Shown one piece after another: positions 1-15,605 of a stretch of 64,000 nt of DNA. Source of the stretch: Eledone cirrhosa. Taxonomy: Eukaryota. The stretch's first letter is position 1, and the number at the start of each line of letters is the position of its first letter. Below the pieces are notes generated by a model that was not told the DNA's origin, ran no database searches, and saw nothing but the letters and a program-made list of their open reading frames with translations. The translations under genes and the position numbers were made by a program. The stretch covers positions 226,920,001-226,984,000 of the forward strand of contig OZ024741.1 in NCBI GenBank assembly GCA_964016885.1, given 5' to 3'.

Positions 1-31
1 AATTAAGAGTATAGGAGGTGCCGGCTTTTTT

Positions 32-2375
32 TTAAACGGAAATATAGCCTACCAAGGAGGTTGTATTCTTAAGCCTATCATGCCTAAAAGTGCTTCTATG
101 TGAGTTATATCTCGTTTTAAACGAGGTGGATGTTGAGCCAATGTAGGTTTTGGTAGAGGTAGGTGTTGTGATGTCATAAGCGTAGACTATATTTTTCATG
201 AGGCAGTAGCTCCTGAGAGGGCAGCTATCTCTCCGCCTACAATTACAGTTGCGGGTTGTGTCATTCAACATGCGTCGTGACGAGTGGCTGTTTGCATTAT
301 CCCGAAGCATTACTTGTGTATTTGGTGGGTCACTACCTCCACCAGGCAACCCATTTCCCATTGGGTTAGGTGGTTGGTGGTTATTTGCAGATCTGATGGT
401 CTCAAAACCTTCCCTAATTTTCCTATTATTGTGCGTGCTAAGTGTGAGGCTAGATTAGGTGTAGTAGAATAGGATAATTTAATTGTATTTTTATTAATAA
501 TACTGTGATATCTACTGCCTGGCGGGAAGTTCTTTTCTAGTATCGAGAAGAATATTCTAGGAAGGTTGGTAAGGACTTTGGAGTTATAAGGTGGGTTGAA
601 ATAAGTGTTTTGCCTTCTTCTATTTTTCCTATTTCTCTTATTTAGAGGGTTATTACTGTTAGGATTTACTTGATGCGGCTGTGCTGCGTTATTTAGCTTA
701 CTACCAGTGTCATTGTCGTTTCCATTTCCTTGGTTTCTATCTTTAACTCCAATCACGCCGTTATTAGTATTACTGCCATTGGTATTGGGCAGGTTGTTGG
801 TGTGCCTATATGGCTTTGGTCGGGCTGGATTATTTACGGTGTGATTCTTACTCCTATGCTTATTTCTATTACGGTTATTATTTATAGACATATTGTATGT
901 TATTATAGTATTTAGCCTAGTATAGGTGGTTTGGGAGTTACTGGGTATATAAAATAGCTTATTTTTATAACCGGATTTTGCTAAGGCTTCATTATAGTAT
1001 CCAGCATTGGAGTTGAATGCATTCTCACTATACGATAGCCTGCTAATTCTATTTGAAACTCCTTTAATAATAGCGTTTAGGACCGATTTAGGATGGTTGG
1101 AGCTGGCATTTACATAGGTTAGTTTTTCATTAGGTTTAAGGTACGGTACGAAGGTTTTATTTTCTAAGTCTAGGGTTGCATCTAAGAAGTTAATTGTTTT
1201 ATTATTCTTATCTATAGTAATACTAAGGTTGAAACTTTTAAAGAATCTATGCAGGTCTTTCTTGGTTCGTTCAATATTGTGCCTTTTATATTCAAGAGTG
1301 AATAAAGCATCGTCCCGATACAGCCCGCCGCGGAGGTTTGGGAATGTTTCATGTAACTCATTTAGGAGGTACAGTCCGACGAGATCCGTATCCTGTGCTG
1401 AGTCACTAGACCCCATAGTGATATCAAAGTTATTGGGTGTGTTCTTCCGGGTCCATAATTCGTCCTCAAACATGATTATCGTTTTACGCGCGGCAAGAAC
1501 AATATCAATCTGGGATCTAGTGAGGTCACTCTTCTGCATGGCCATGATAAGAGCCTTATTTAAGAGGATCGGGGAGATAGGGGTAAAGTATGCATCAATA
1601 TCAAACTGTATAAACCTAAGAGATTTATGGTTACTAATGCTTGAGAACCATTTTAATACCTCATCAGTGTTCCCCCACAGGTCTAGGTGAATTTTATTTT
1701 TGATAGCTGGTATAATTCCATCTAAAATCTTCTTGTTTATGATCCCTATATCTGATTTAGATGGGCTTATTAGCGTAACAGATGGCTTACTAATGAAATC
1801 AACCTTATGGTCCTTAAATATAAATCTAGGTTGTCTAGGGGCATAGGGTTGGGTATACTTCTCAAGCCCTAATTTCTCAACAATCGCACTTCCCTCCTTA
1901 TTAATCTCATCCAGGTTAGTATAGATAGATGTTTATAGTTTCTATAGAGTTCGTTATATATAGATTTACGATACGTATCATAGTCTATGCTATAGCTGTT
2001 CTTAGTCTTATCCGAAGGGACAAGGATAGATTGTTTATCACTAAAGCCTTTAACTAAAGATTTGAGCTTATTACGGAATTTATTACTGTTCTTATGAAAG
2101 TTTCTATATTTAATGTTCCTTACAAGGGAGAAAAGATCACTCTCAAAGCCATCCAGCATAGTGTTGTGTGGTGGGCTCCTATAAGTTTTAAATCCATACT
2201 TATTATTAGGGGTTACCTGCTGGGGGTTCCCACGTTTCCTGTCAAAATCGACAGTGCGCCACCTAATACGCTTAATGAAGGAGTTTACACTGGCTATAAG
2301 TAGTTTTTCATAGGTGTTCCTGGATGGGGTGGGTACGTTCTTGAGTGATAAAGGCAAGTAGTCTTTTGTTAGCAT
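32..2375 (-). pseudogene. PLE reverse transcriptase + GIY-YIG endonuclease polyprotein (frameshifted)
   Basis: YRDD RT motif, SNHP thumb motif, CxCx5C linker and GIY-YIG motifs lie in different frames. Confidence 0.88.
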
Positions 2376-2596
2376 ACTGTCAGGTATTTATAATCGTACA
2401 CAGTCAGTGTACAGGTTATAGTTATTAGCTCTACCGGGGGGGAGGATCCTTGTATTATTTTTTGACAACAGAACCTGTGTATAAGATACAGGCGTCCTGT
2501 CGGATTTATGAGAGTATTTAATTAGCTCAATGCTTGAAAGCAGAGCCGTTATATGAAACAAAAAACAAAGAGCGCTTACATCATCAATTAATATTT

Positions 2597-2640
2597 TCTG
2601 ACAGTGTTTCGTCCTTGCATAATTGCAGGACTCATCAGAG
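2597..2640 (-). ncRNA. Minimal type I hammerhead ribozyme in the PLE 5' pseudo-LTR
   Basis: Minus strand reads ct-CTGATGA-gtcctgcaattatgcaaggac-GAAA-cactgt-C-ag: intact core, stem II gtcct/aggac, GUC cleavage triplet, very short stems I and III. Confidence 0.75.
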
Positions 2641-2721
2641 CGCTATAAAGAGGAATTAGATCAATAGCAAAAACTCTACCAACCTATATCACAAGAATGA
2701 TCCATATCTAGCACAGAGGAC

Positions 2722-3626
<905 letters not shown>

Positions 3627-3628
3627 TA

Positions 3629-5126
3629 CTAGCAGAAGTGCCCGGCGTTGCTCGGAGTTTAATTGCTTTAAAGTACTCTTAATGATTCCACTCAATTATG
3701 ATTATTGAGGCAAAGAAAGTAAATACGGGTAAGTTTGAAAATATACAACAAAACATCTACTCACTATATGTCAGAACGGCAAGACTGCAGTGGTGCTGAA
3801 TAGAGGAGTCACAACACCTCTCTGTTGACCATATTTTTTGTTCTGCCTTTGGGCGCAAGTAAGAATAAGTTCTGCTTGCATCCCACTCTTGAGCATGCGA
3901 CATATAATTGGCCGTGTGAGAAGCACGGCTGGGCTAAATGGAGGCCTGCCGTTGATAGCGTTTGGCCTTGGGACTTGTTGATTGACATCGCGAAGCAAAG
4001 TTTAACGGGGAATTGAAGTCGGCGCAGAGTACAGGGGCATTCCGTACCTGATGGAGTTAATGGTATTCTGGGTATAAAGACGTTTTCTCCAGCGCCGCAG
4101 CCCGTGAGAATTGTGGCTTCAATTACATGCGGCAGGAGGTTTCTTACCACTAACCATGTTCCGTTGCAGAGACGTGGTGGTTCCAGGTACCTCAACAGCA
4201 TCACTGGAGTCCCAGCTTTGACGCGCAGCTTTAGTTTAGCGAGTAAGCCGTAGTCTTTTCCGTAGTGTCAAATTATGTGTGGTAGCGAAAATTTTCAATT
4301 GAACAGTGAATAAGTGGAAAGTGAGTACTAAGTAAGTTGTATGAAGAATGCACGTCAAATAGTAGGTCAAACCTGTAAGCCAAGCCCGTCTGAGTTATAG
4401 CACAAAAGAGTGTAAACAGGGGCGATAATTTGGATCACACTGGAAAGAAAATCCTCAAAATCGGACGTTCCTGAAAAAAGTTTTCTCATTATTTTTTTGT
4501 CTCATATTGCTAAAAACGAAGAAAAAAAAATTACAAATGGGAGAACAATAAAATATAATGTCTTTTTTTAGATTCAAGTAAATAAATGCTTAAGCGTCGT
4601 TCTGACTACGTTTGTTGTATAAATTCATCTGTTGCTTTTGAATATTTGTTATATGATGTAATATGCATGTATTTAGTTTTATCGGCTTCTTAAGTTTTGT
4701 TATTTGATGTATGAGCGTCGTTATGACTATGGTGTATAAATTGATGTGTTGCTTAGTTTTCAAAGTTTATGTCGCGTTCCTGAACGAAGTTTTGTCGCTG
4801 TTAGAGTTGCAGAGGAGATTGAGAGGGTAGTAGAGGTAGGGGTGAACATTTTAAAGAGAGTTGCAACATGTATGTACTTTCATCGATTTTTGAGGGTAGT
4901 AGAAAGAGGGATGAAGCGTGTAAGAGAGAGTGTTACAGCATGTATTTAGTTTTATCGATTTTTTGTCATAGAAGCAAGAAATGTTTGACAAAGTTTATTA
5001 CGCGTTGACCATCGTAGGTAAATTTGGAGCACATTGGAACAAAATCATCAAAATCGGTAGAGAAATGTGGAAATGCATAAAAATCATACACGCACACAGA
5101 CAGACATCTTCCGTTATATATATAGA
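3629..5126 (-). mobile_element. Non-autonomous Helitron with Pif1-helicase remnant
   Basis: 5' TCTATATATATAACGG...(GTCT) at 5126; 3' hairpin CCGAGCAACGCCGGG followed by CTAG at 3629; inserted between A and T. Confidence 0.85.
3809..4230 (-). pseudogene. C-terminal fragment of Helitron RepHel (Pif1-like helicase)
   Basis: LCNGT, FIPRI, RLQFPVKLCFAMSINKSQGQT and FSHGQLYVACSRV motifs. Confidence 0.92.
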
Positions 5127-5139
5127 TATATATACATAC

Positions 5140-5170
<31 letters not shown>

Positions 5171-5221
5171 ATACATATATATACATACATACATATATAT
5201 ATAGATACATACATATACACA

Positions 5222-7697
5222 GTTCGAGAGTAAACCAATCTTAAATAGAAAGATGGAGATAGGAGAAGAGAGATATGGTTATCAGATCTAAGGTCCAAGG
5301 ACTCGATGAGGTTTCTCCAATTTGACATTGACAGTTACTACGCTTCAATAACCCCGGCACTGCTTAACAAAGAAATAATCCTAGCTAGCACTAACTCTGA
5401 CATAACTAATAAGGAGATTGACATCATACTTATGGCTAGGCATACCATCATTGAATTCAACGGCTCAATCTGGACAAGAAAGGACAGAACAAACAACTTC
5501 GACATCACAATGGGCTCAAGCGACTCTGCCAAGTCACCGATTTAGTTGGAATCTACCTCTTACATAACATAAGAGCTGAGATCCAACCCTTGCAAGGTGG
5601 AATATATAGGGACGACGCCCTATTTGCAGTCCACAATTGCACTAATCGAGGCATTGACTTGCTCAAAAAACAATTACACAGATTTTTTTTAAATAACGGT
5701 CTCTCTATCACCATCGAACCGAACCATAAGGTAGTAAATTTCATGGACGTTATCCTAGATCTTAATAACAATTTATATTACCCTTATCATAAACCAGGTG
5801 AAATACTTACATATATTAGCCCGTACTCGAACCACCCACCGGCAGTCATCAGAGCAGTCATTAAATCTATCTCTTATAGGATCGGCATGCTATCCGCAAA
5901 TGAGGAGATATTTAAGAACCATGCGGCATATTATAATAAGGCCTTTTCTGAATCTGGTTATGAACAGTCTATCTACTACATACCTAATTGCAATAACACA
6001 GAACTTCACCACAACTATAATAAATTTAACACTAGAACTAGAAACACAATAGCATGTAGCCAGATATGCCGGAACTCTAGCCTTAACAACACCTATACAG
6101 GGAACCGTAATAGTGGCAGAGGCCTACTTCCCACTCCTAGTAGCAGACTCAGAATCAACCCCAGAATAGGAATGAACAATGGGATGACAAATAGCCTCGG
6201 TAATAATAACCCTATTAAGGTCCTCGCCAATTCTACTAGAACTCCTAGAAGTAATAGGCCTAGAAAAATCATCTGGCTAATTCTCATCTAATTTAGCTAC
6301 TAATATCCCTAAACGCTTCTTCTCTATCCTATCACCCCCCCCCCACCATAGATATTACAAACTCTTTAATAAAAACTATATTAAAATCTCCTTCTCCACG
6401 ACACCGAACCTAGCTAGCCACATCGCATTCAGCAACCATCATAAACTAAAAAAATATAACTCCCACACCGCGGTACCACCACCCCCCATAAATACACCAC
6501 GCAACTATACCAATACTTATTCTAGTAGAATATCTCCTCCCTCCAATTCTATTAGTACACACCAGCCGCATAGTTTAAACAACCCTACTTTACTAATCGC
6601 AACAGTAATTGTAACTGCCGTTACCCTAATGCATGCCCACTTAACGGACAATGCCTTACGCCCAATATAGTATATAGGTGCACAGTTAGAACAGCTCACA
6701 TACTAGCTCCTATATTGGCTCTACCTCTAACCCTTTTAAAGTACGCTATAATGCGCACTCATTTTCCTTCCGCAACCCTAGCAATAGATGCTCAACATCC
6801 CTAGTTAGGCTCATTAAAAACCTTAAATTAACCAACATTGAGCACTCACTAGCCTGGGATATATTTGCTAGATCCCCAGCGTTCAATGGGCGAATAAACA
6901 GTTGTGATCTCTGTCTTACCGAGGCCTATCACATAACTCTGTCACGCACACCACCTATTAACGACAGAAACGAGATAATTATTAACTGTCACCATGGTAA
7001 GGCAAATTCCTTCGCCAACGAAATATTCGACCCAACAGTCATCAAATCTCACCTTTACATATAGCTAGTATGTTAAGTATTTAGCCCTATAGTTAGACAA
7101 TTATAAGTTACCTCCCTTACATTATCTCACATTTAAGGTCATTTGCACTACCATAGTTATAAATTCCTTATGAATTTAACTTTTCAAGGAGTTACCTTCC
7201 TTGAAACCCGTCTCTACTTAATAAGATAAATTTCCTAAAAGTAGCCATCTTGTTACGCATAGGCAGATCTTGCTTAATACAGACTCGACAGAAGCGTAAT
7301 GTTTGTTTATAGCGGACATTTGAGCTTTCCAGGACTCCTTTCGTGAAATGCCAATCTATGTAATCTTACAGACACGTAACCATCTTATTTTATTTTATTT
7401 TGTATTTCTTTTTACATCTTATCTATATCAATATTTTCATTATCTCATTTGACGTTCTGAAGAGCTGCTCCATAACATTACTTATGTTACTTACCTTCCT
7501 CTGAACCAAATCAATAACGATCTAATAATCAATTGATCCAGAAACATTATATGGAGTAGTGAAACAATTGTAAACGGACATTATTATTCCTTACAGTAAA
7601 CTACAATTACACTCTTTATTCCTTACATTAAACTGCAACTATGTTGACACACTTTAACTAACGTCTTCCATGGGAATTTTGTGGTCTTGTTTTGCCT
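5222..7697 (+). mobile_element. Penelope-like retroelement (copy 2, distinct family), 5' truncated
   Basis: QFDIDSYY, FDITMGSSDSA and GGIYRDDALF (5306-6291); CNCRYPNAC, YIGST and CDLCLTE...NDRNE...CHH (about 6600-7000). 3' pLTR with HHR; (TA)n on both sides. Confidence 0.9.
7453..7576 (+). ncRNA. Type I hammerhead ribozyme with a large stem II insertion
   Basis: cgtt-CTGAAGA-gctgctccata[~75 nt]tatggagtagt-GAAA-caattg-TA-aacg. Stem I 4 bp, stem II 11 bp, palindromic stem III, GUA triplet. Confidence 0.8.
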
Positions 7698-7819
7698 AAC
7701 TAATGAATATATACACACATATATATATATATATGTATAGATATGTATATATATATGCATATGTATATATATATATATGTATACATATATATACATATAT
7801 ATATGTATACATATATATA

Positions 7820-9987
<2,168 letters not shown>

Positions 9988-10064
9988 ACGAAAGAAATGT
10001 GGTAAGGAACCAGGTGGACCATAACGCACCAAAGTACTCAATACTTAGGGTAGTAGAGTGGGTA

Positions 10065-10185
10065 ATAGGAACAAGTAGGACCCCGACGGCTGAGCTCAAG
10101 CCGTTTCGACGGCTAATTCTGGGGAATTCTCAGAATTAGCCGTCGAAACGGCTTGAGCTCAGCCGTCGGGGTCTTACTTGTTCCT

Positions 10186-10187
<2 letters not shown>
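10065..10187. repeat. 123-bp near-perfect palindrome
   Basis: ataggaacaagtaggaccccgacggctgagctc... pairs with ...gagctcagccgtcggggtcttacttgttcctat with essentially no spacer. Confidence 0.95.
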
Positions 10188-10382
<195 letters not shown>

Positions 10383-10732
10383 TTATTAAAGACGGCTATA
10401 TTCGAGTTTCAACTTTTATTTCAGTTGTGGGTCATTTATGTATAAATTTAAGAGCATGGGTTGCTCTTCGCAATGGCTGCTGCAGTGCATACTAACTATA
10501 GTATAGTTTAATAAAATCAAGGATATAATTATTCCTTGAGACGGAAAAAGGGAAGAGCATCACCTGCTTTATAGAAACCTCTGCGAAAAAAAAAGAAAAA
10601 ATACTCATTAATTTCAGTCTTATTAAACCTTCTAATCTTTACACAAACACACACGCTCAGATACATGGGAGAATAGCATGAATGAAAACAATAATAATAA
10701 CATTAATGATAATAATAATAATAATAATATAA

Positions 10733-11883
10733 AAAAACTGCAACAATTGGATTATCTACATATCTAAGGGAATCACATGATTGGATGATCAAACTCGTTT
10801 TGAAACACGAAAGCATCAAAAGATCATATTCCATTACAAAAGATGCACAAAGATACAGTAATGGACTACAAATTTCAGAAGTTCCATTTACTGCTGAAAT
10901 GGAAAACACAGGAAATGCAAAGTAGGTAAAAGTAACTGCAAAGAAAGAACTGCTACAGAAACTGGCTAAGAAATGGCAAGAAAAGCCTCTGTATGGAAAA
11001 TACCCAGAGCGAGCTAACAATCCTGATGTTGACAAAACTTTAACCCATCAGTGGTTGGCATCCTCTGGACTGAAATCGGAGACTGAAGGACTGATTATAT
11101 TAGCACAAGATCAGTGTCTGCCAACAAAAAATTACCAAGCCAACATAATAAAAAAAATGGATGCAGCCCATTATGCCGTGTATGCAAAAAACAACCAGAG
11201 ACCATTGACCATATAATTTCAATGTGCAGTCCTATAGCTCCAACCGATTACCTAAACAGGCATGACAGAGCTGCACAATACATACATTGGATAATGTGTA
11301 AGCATTTTGACCTGCCCCATCAAAAGAATTGGTGGGAGCATCAACCACCTCCCATACTTGAAAAAGATCACATATCAAACTTGTGGAACTTTAGCATCCA
11401 AACAGACCGAAAAATAGATGCAAATAGACCTGATATAATATTGAAGGACTTTAAAAAGAGGGTATGCCTGCTAATTGATATGTCTGTTCCAATAGACAAG
11501 AATGTATCTATAAAAACATTTGAAAAATTGAGCAAGTATAAGGACCTGGAGATAGAAATTGGAAAAATGTGGAAATTGAGAAGTAAAACAATACCGGTGG
11601 TTGTAGGCGCTCTGGGAATGATACCTAAGGGGTCTAATGATTACTTATCGCAGATCCCAGGAAACCCGCGTATAGGAGAAATACAAAAGATAGTACTAAT
11701 GGGAACTGCCCATATACTAAGGAAGATTCTGTCAATATAAGTACATCACAAGTCTAAACACTAAAGATGCATGTGTGAGTATGTATGTTCTTCCTTGAAC
11801 ATGGCGGACCTTGTTGTCTCTTGAGGTCACTGGTTGTGACTTGGTGATAACTCGTATGAACATAAAGCAAGATAAATGCAACT

Positions 11884-11885
<2 letters not shown>
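10733..11885 (+). mobile_element. 5'-truncated R4/Dong-like RLE LINE (family A)
   Basis: CRVC...H...C zinc knuckle, RHD, RPDII, IDMSVP and KLSKY (RLE endonuclease). Nearly identical to 26688-27831; (TAA)n on both sides. Confidence 0.9.
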
Positions 11886-11923
<38 letters not shown>

Positions 11924-12183
11924 TTTCTTTATTAACCACAAGGGTTTACATAAAGTAGACATTAAGGACAGTGCAGGACAATGCAGGACGGTACAAATGG
12001 GCATTTCTGCGTGTAAAAAAACAAAAACAGAGGATGTAACAAAAATAACAATGAAAATAACAATGAAAAATTCCCCAATAGGGGGGAGACTTCGGAGGGA
12101 CATTTGTGGAGAAAGCCCGGTAAAAAGCCACAATGACCCTGACCACCAAGGCAAGTGCCCTCTCCCAGTTTTCCACCTTTAGT

Positions 12184-15100
12184 TTACAGATATATACTCA
12201 GAGTCGGCCCATTCACTCGGGCCATTCTTGCTTCTCTCACCCATCTTTCAACAAAATGCTGGGAAGAGAGCACTTCCCTCTCTACTCTGATTTTCCTTTT
12301 CAAATGAAATTTGAAAAGGAAAATCAGAGCATCACCGAAGAGGTAAGTGCTCGTCTTCAGCCCTTTCAAACGTGTCCACCATCCTATCTCTTTCGCCATG
12401 GCCACCAGACAGATAAAAACTGCCTGCCCTTCCCGGCTAAAGGAAGAGGGCGGGGCATTCCTCACGATGGACTCAGATGATAGCTGGATCCGTCCTAAAC
12501 GCGACAGCAGGTGTTCGACATAAACCCACAAGTCAGCAATTTTCGGACACTGGACGAGTGCGTGCAGGACGGTTTCGTCGCCCTGCGCGCATCTCGGACA
12601 TGCCCGGCTGACGGCACCTCCATGCCTGTAGAGTTTATCCCGAACTGGCAAGGCTCCTCGGTAGCACTGCCAGGCCAGAGATTTCTGGAAGTTGTCCATA
12701 GGCCCTGGCCCGAAAGTTCTTCCGAAGAGATTGGCTAGTTGATTTTCGTCGACGCCTAGAGTTTCCCCAAGTACGTCGTCGCTCTTCCCCTCCACTAATC
12801 CTCTATAGAACGCCGAGGTGGAGTTTCCACCGATCACATTGCCCGATTGGTCGAGGGCTGTGAGCGCCTGAAGACATTCCAGTCTCCAGGCGCTCCCTCT
12901 CGGTCTTCGCTTGACCCAGGACTGCAGCTCCGTCAAAGAAACGAGCTGGGGAAAAACGCGTCTAGCAAACGGCGACCACACCTGATCACCGTCGAGGAAG
13001 AGGTGGAGATGTCGTAGCCTGAGCGCGTGCCTGCGCATCATCAGCCACGGCATGCCCAGCCCTCCACGTAGCGGGTGTTGACAACAGATGGACCGCCTGA
13101 CCATCGGAGCACGTCTCTTCCACACAAAGCGAAAGAGCAAACGCTCCAGCGCAGTCAGGCGAGGCTTAGGACAAGGTACGACGGTCAGGCGGTAGCAGAT
13201 GACAGACGCGATGTACGCGTTAGCCACCTCCGCTCGACCTTTCAGGGATAGCTTCCTCTCCGCCCATTTCTGGGTGAGAGAAGCCACCCTGCTCGTCACC
13301 TCGTCCCAGTTTTTGTCCGTCTGGAGGTCCGGACCGAACCAGACCCCTAGCAATTTAACCGGTCCGTCCGTCCAGCGCCCGACGACGCTGTTGGACGGCA
13401 TGGACCTGCCTCTCCAGGTGCCGAGCTGCAGGCCCACTGACTTTTCCTGGTTGATCATTGCTCCTGTCACCGCTTCGTATTCTCTTAGTGTAGTGCCGAT
13501 CGCCTCGATGTGTTTGGCGTTCGACACCACTACGGTGACATCGTCCGCATATGCTGACACGGATCTTCCGCATCCTAGTTCGCACGGGACTCCCCTCAAC
13601 GTCTCCAGTTTGTGCAGTAATGGCTCGAGCGTCAATACGTACAAGAGCGACGAGAGGGGACATCCTTGGCGGACCGAGCGCATGATGTTGAACGGTTCCG
13701 AAAGGTGACCGTTCACTCTCACCACAGAGCAGATGTCGCTGTGCATGGCAGCGATCCAGCCTCTGAAGACGGGCCCAAAACCAGCCGCCTTCAGGACTGC
13801 CGCTAGGTAACGATGGGCGACCCTATCGAAAGCTTTCGACTGATCTAAATTGATCAAGGACCCACCCGTGCCAGGTTCCCTAGCTACCCTCTCTACGATG
13901 TATCGCATGAGGTGGAGGTTGTCGTGGATGGATCTGTCGGGAATGGCGCATAGATGCGCCTCTCCCACCAGACCACCAACGACAAGCGCCAACCTCTTTG
14001 CTAGCACCTTGGCCAAAATCTTGAACTCTGATGGGCCTGAAATTATCTATGTTATCCCCCTTGTTCGGATCCTTTCTCAGCAGTTCCACCGCTACTCGGC
14101 TCACAGAACTGGGAATTCTCCCGTTCTGTTGCCAGTTGCAGTAGACGTCCGCCAAGAGGCCTCCGAACAAGTCTGGCATCTGTACATAAAGTTCATAGGG
14201 CAGATCATCCAAACCAGGCGATTTACCCCTTGTGCAGCCAGTCATTGCCTCCCTTACTTCAGCGGCTGTTATCGGCTTTTCGCAACACTCCGCCTCAGTG
14301 GCCGAGAGCCGCGGCTGTCCGTCGAGGTAGACACTAAAGTCCATCCCTCGACCCGGCCCACCGCTGCCCCCGAACAGCTGAGTGAAGTGTCGCTGAAAAG
14401 CTTCACACATTTGTCCGGGATTGAGTAGCATGCGCCCGTCGTGGTACACCAAAGACCGGATCGTGGTTTTGTTGCCACGACGCGCCTCCACCACTCGGGC
14501 CCATTGAACGGCTTTCGTCCCGTCGTGTCTGAGAGCACGCACCCTAACTCTGACAACGCAGCCTTCGTGCTTTGCATTGAAGAATTGGTCAAGGGCCAAT
14601 TTCGCCGCAAGCACGTCGGTCGCAATGCCTTTGCTAAGCGCCTCGTCTAATTTTCTAACTAGTTCTCCCTCTGCTCTATTTTTCTCTATTGCTAAAGCCT
14701 TACTAAACCTAATGGATTCTATTCTAATCGCTCTTTTCAGAGCAAACCACCACTTGTTGTTGACGATGGCCCCCGTCAACGCCCGCTTAACTAGTTTGCT
14801 AATCCGGTCTCTGTAGGCCTTGCGCGCTGGTAAGGACGCGTTTAGCTTCCAGTAGCCGGGTCCTCGTCTATGAAGCCTATCTAAGTCAAGCACACAGATC
14901 ACGAATTTGTGGTCCGTGTAGCTGACTATCTTGAATTGTGGACAGCCTATGCTAGACCTATCTATTTCCCTACAAAATACTCTATCTAGATATGATCTGG
15001 ATGACCCTATGCGATTTGTCCAAGTCCACATTCGGGAAATCCAATCGGTACCTGTCAGACAGTTCAAAACGCCTGAGCAGGTTGGTGAGGCTCTTGCACC

Positions 15101-15570
15101 CTCCACCCCTATCCGCTAATCCCACACAGTCCAGGCGTGCATCTAAGATCCCGTTCCAGTCGCCCACTAACACTAAAGAGCGAGACGTTCCAAGAAAGGT
15201 CTCCAGACGCCGGAAGAAATCAGGGCGCCCTGCTCCTGTCGGGGCACTAGCCTGAAAGCTTGCCCGTCTCCACTGGTCACGTCCAGCACCACCAACTTAC
15301 CCTCTGGGTCCAGGAAGATGGCCCGTATGGCGAGATCCAAACCTCTCTGAAAAAGCACAGCAACTCCTCACCCGATCCAGGACGGCTGGGAGATGCGTAC
15401 ACATCGTAGCCGCCGAAGATCGGTGCGAAGGCCCGTGCTTCGGAAATTCTGGTCTCGCTAATGGCCACTACATCTATGTTTAGTGACCTGAGGTCGTTGA
15501 GCAGGTGGCCCTGCTTCCAAGACGATCCCAAGCCACGTGCATTTATGCTGCCTATTCTGAGTGAGGTCAT
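12184..15570 (-). pseudogene. ORF2: APE endonuclease + reverse transcriptase + C-terminal Cys motif (frameshifted)
   Basis: SINARG, GDWN, YTDH, GYWKLN, KSPGLD, LDQSKAFDRV, RQGCPLS, YADD and CPRC...ETVLHALVQC. Confidence 0.92.
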
Positions 15571-15605
15571 GTTTAAAATGGAGTGGAAAAGATGGGAAAG
15601 ACCAC

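Noticed and set aside
12133-15255. Plus-strand ORFs overlapping the LINE ORF2 (also at 29.5-31.3 kb)
   Set aside because: Antisense shadows of GC-rich coding sequence, with no motifs.
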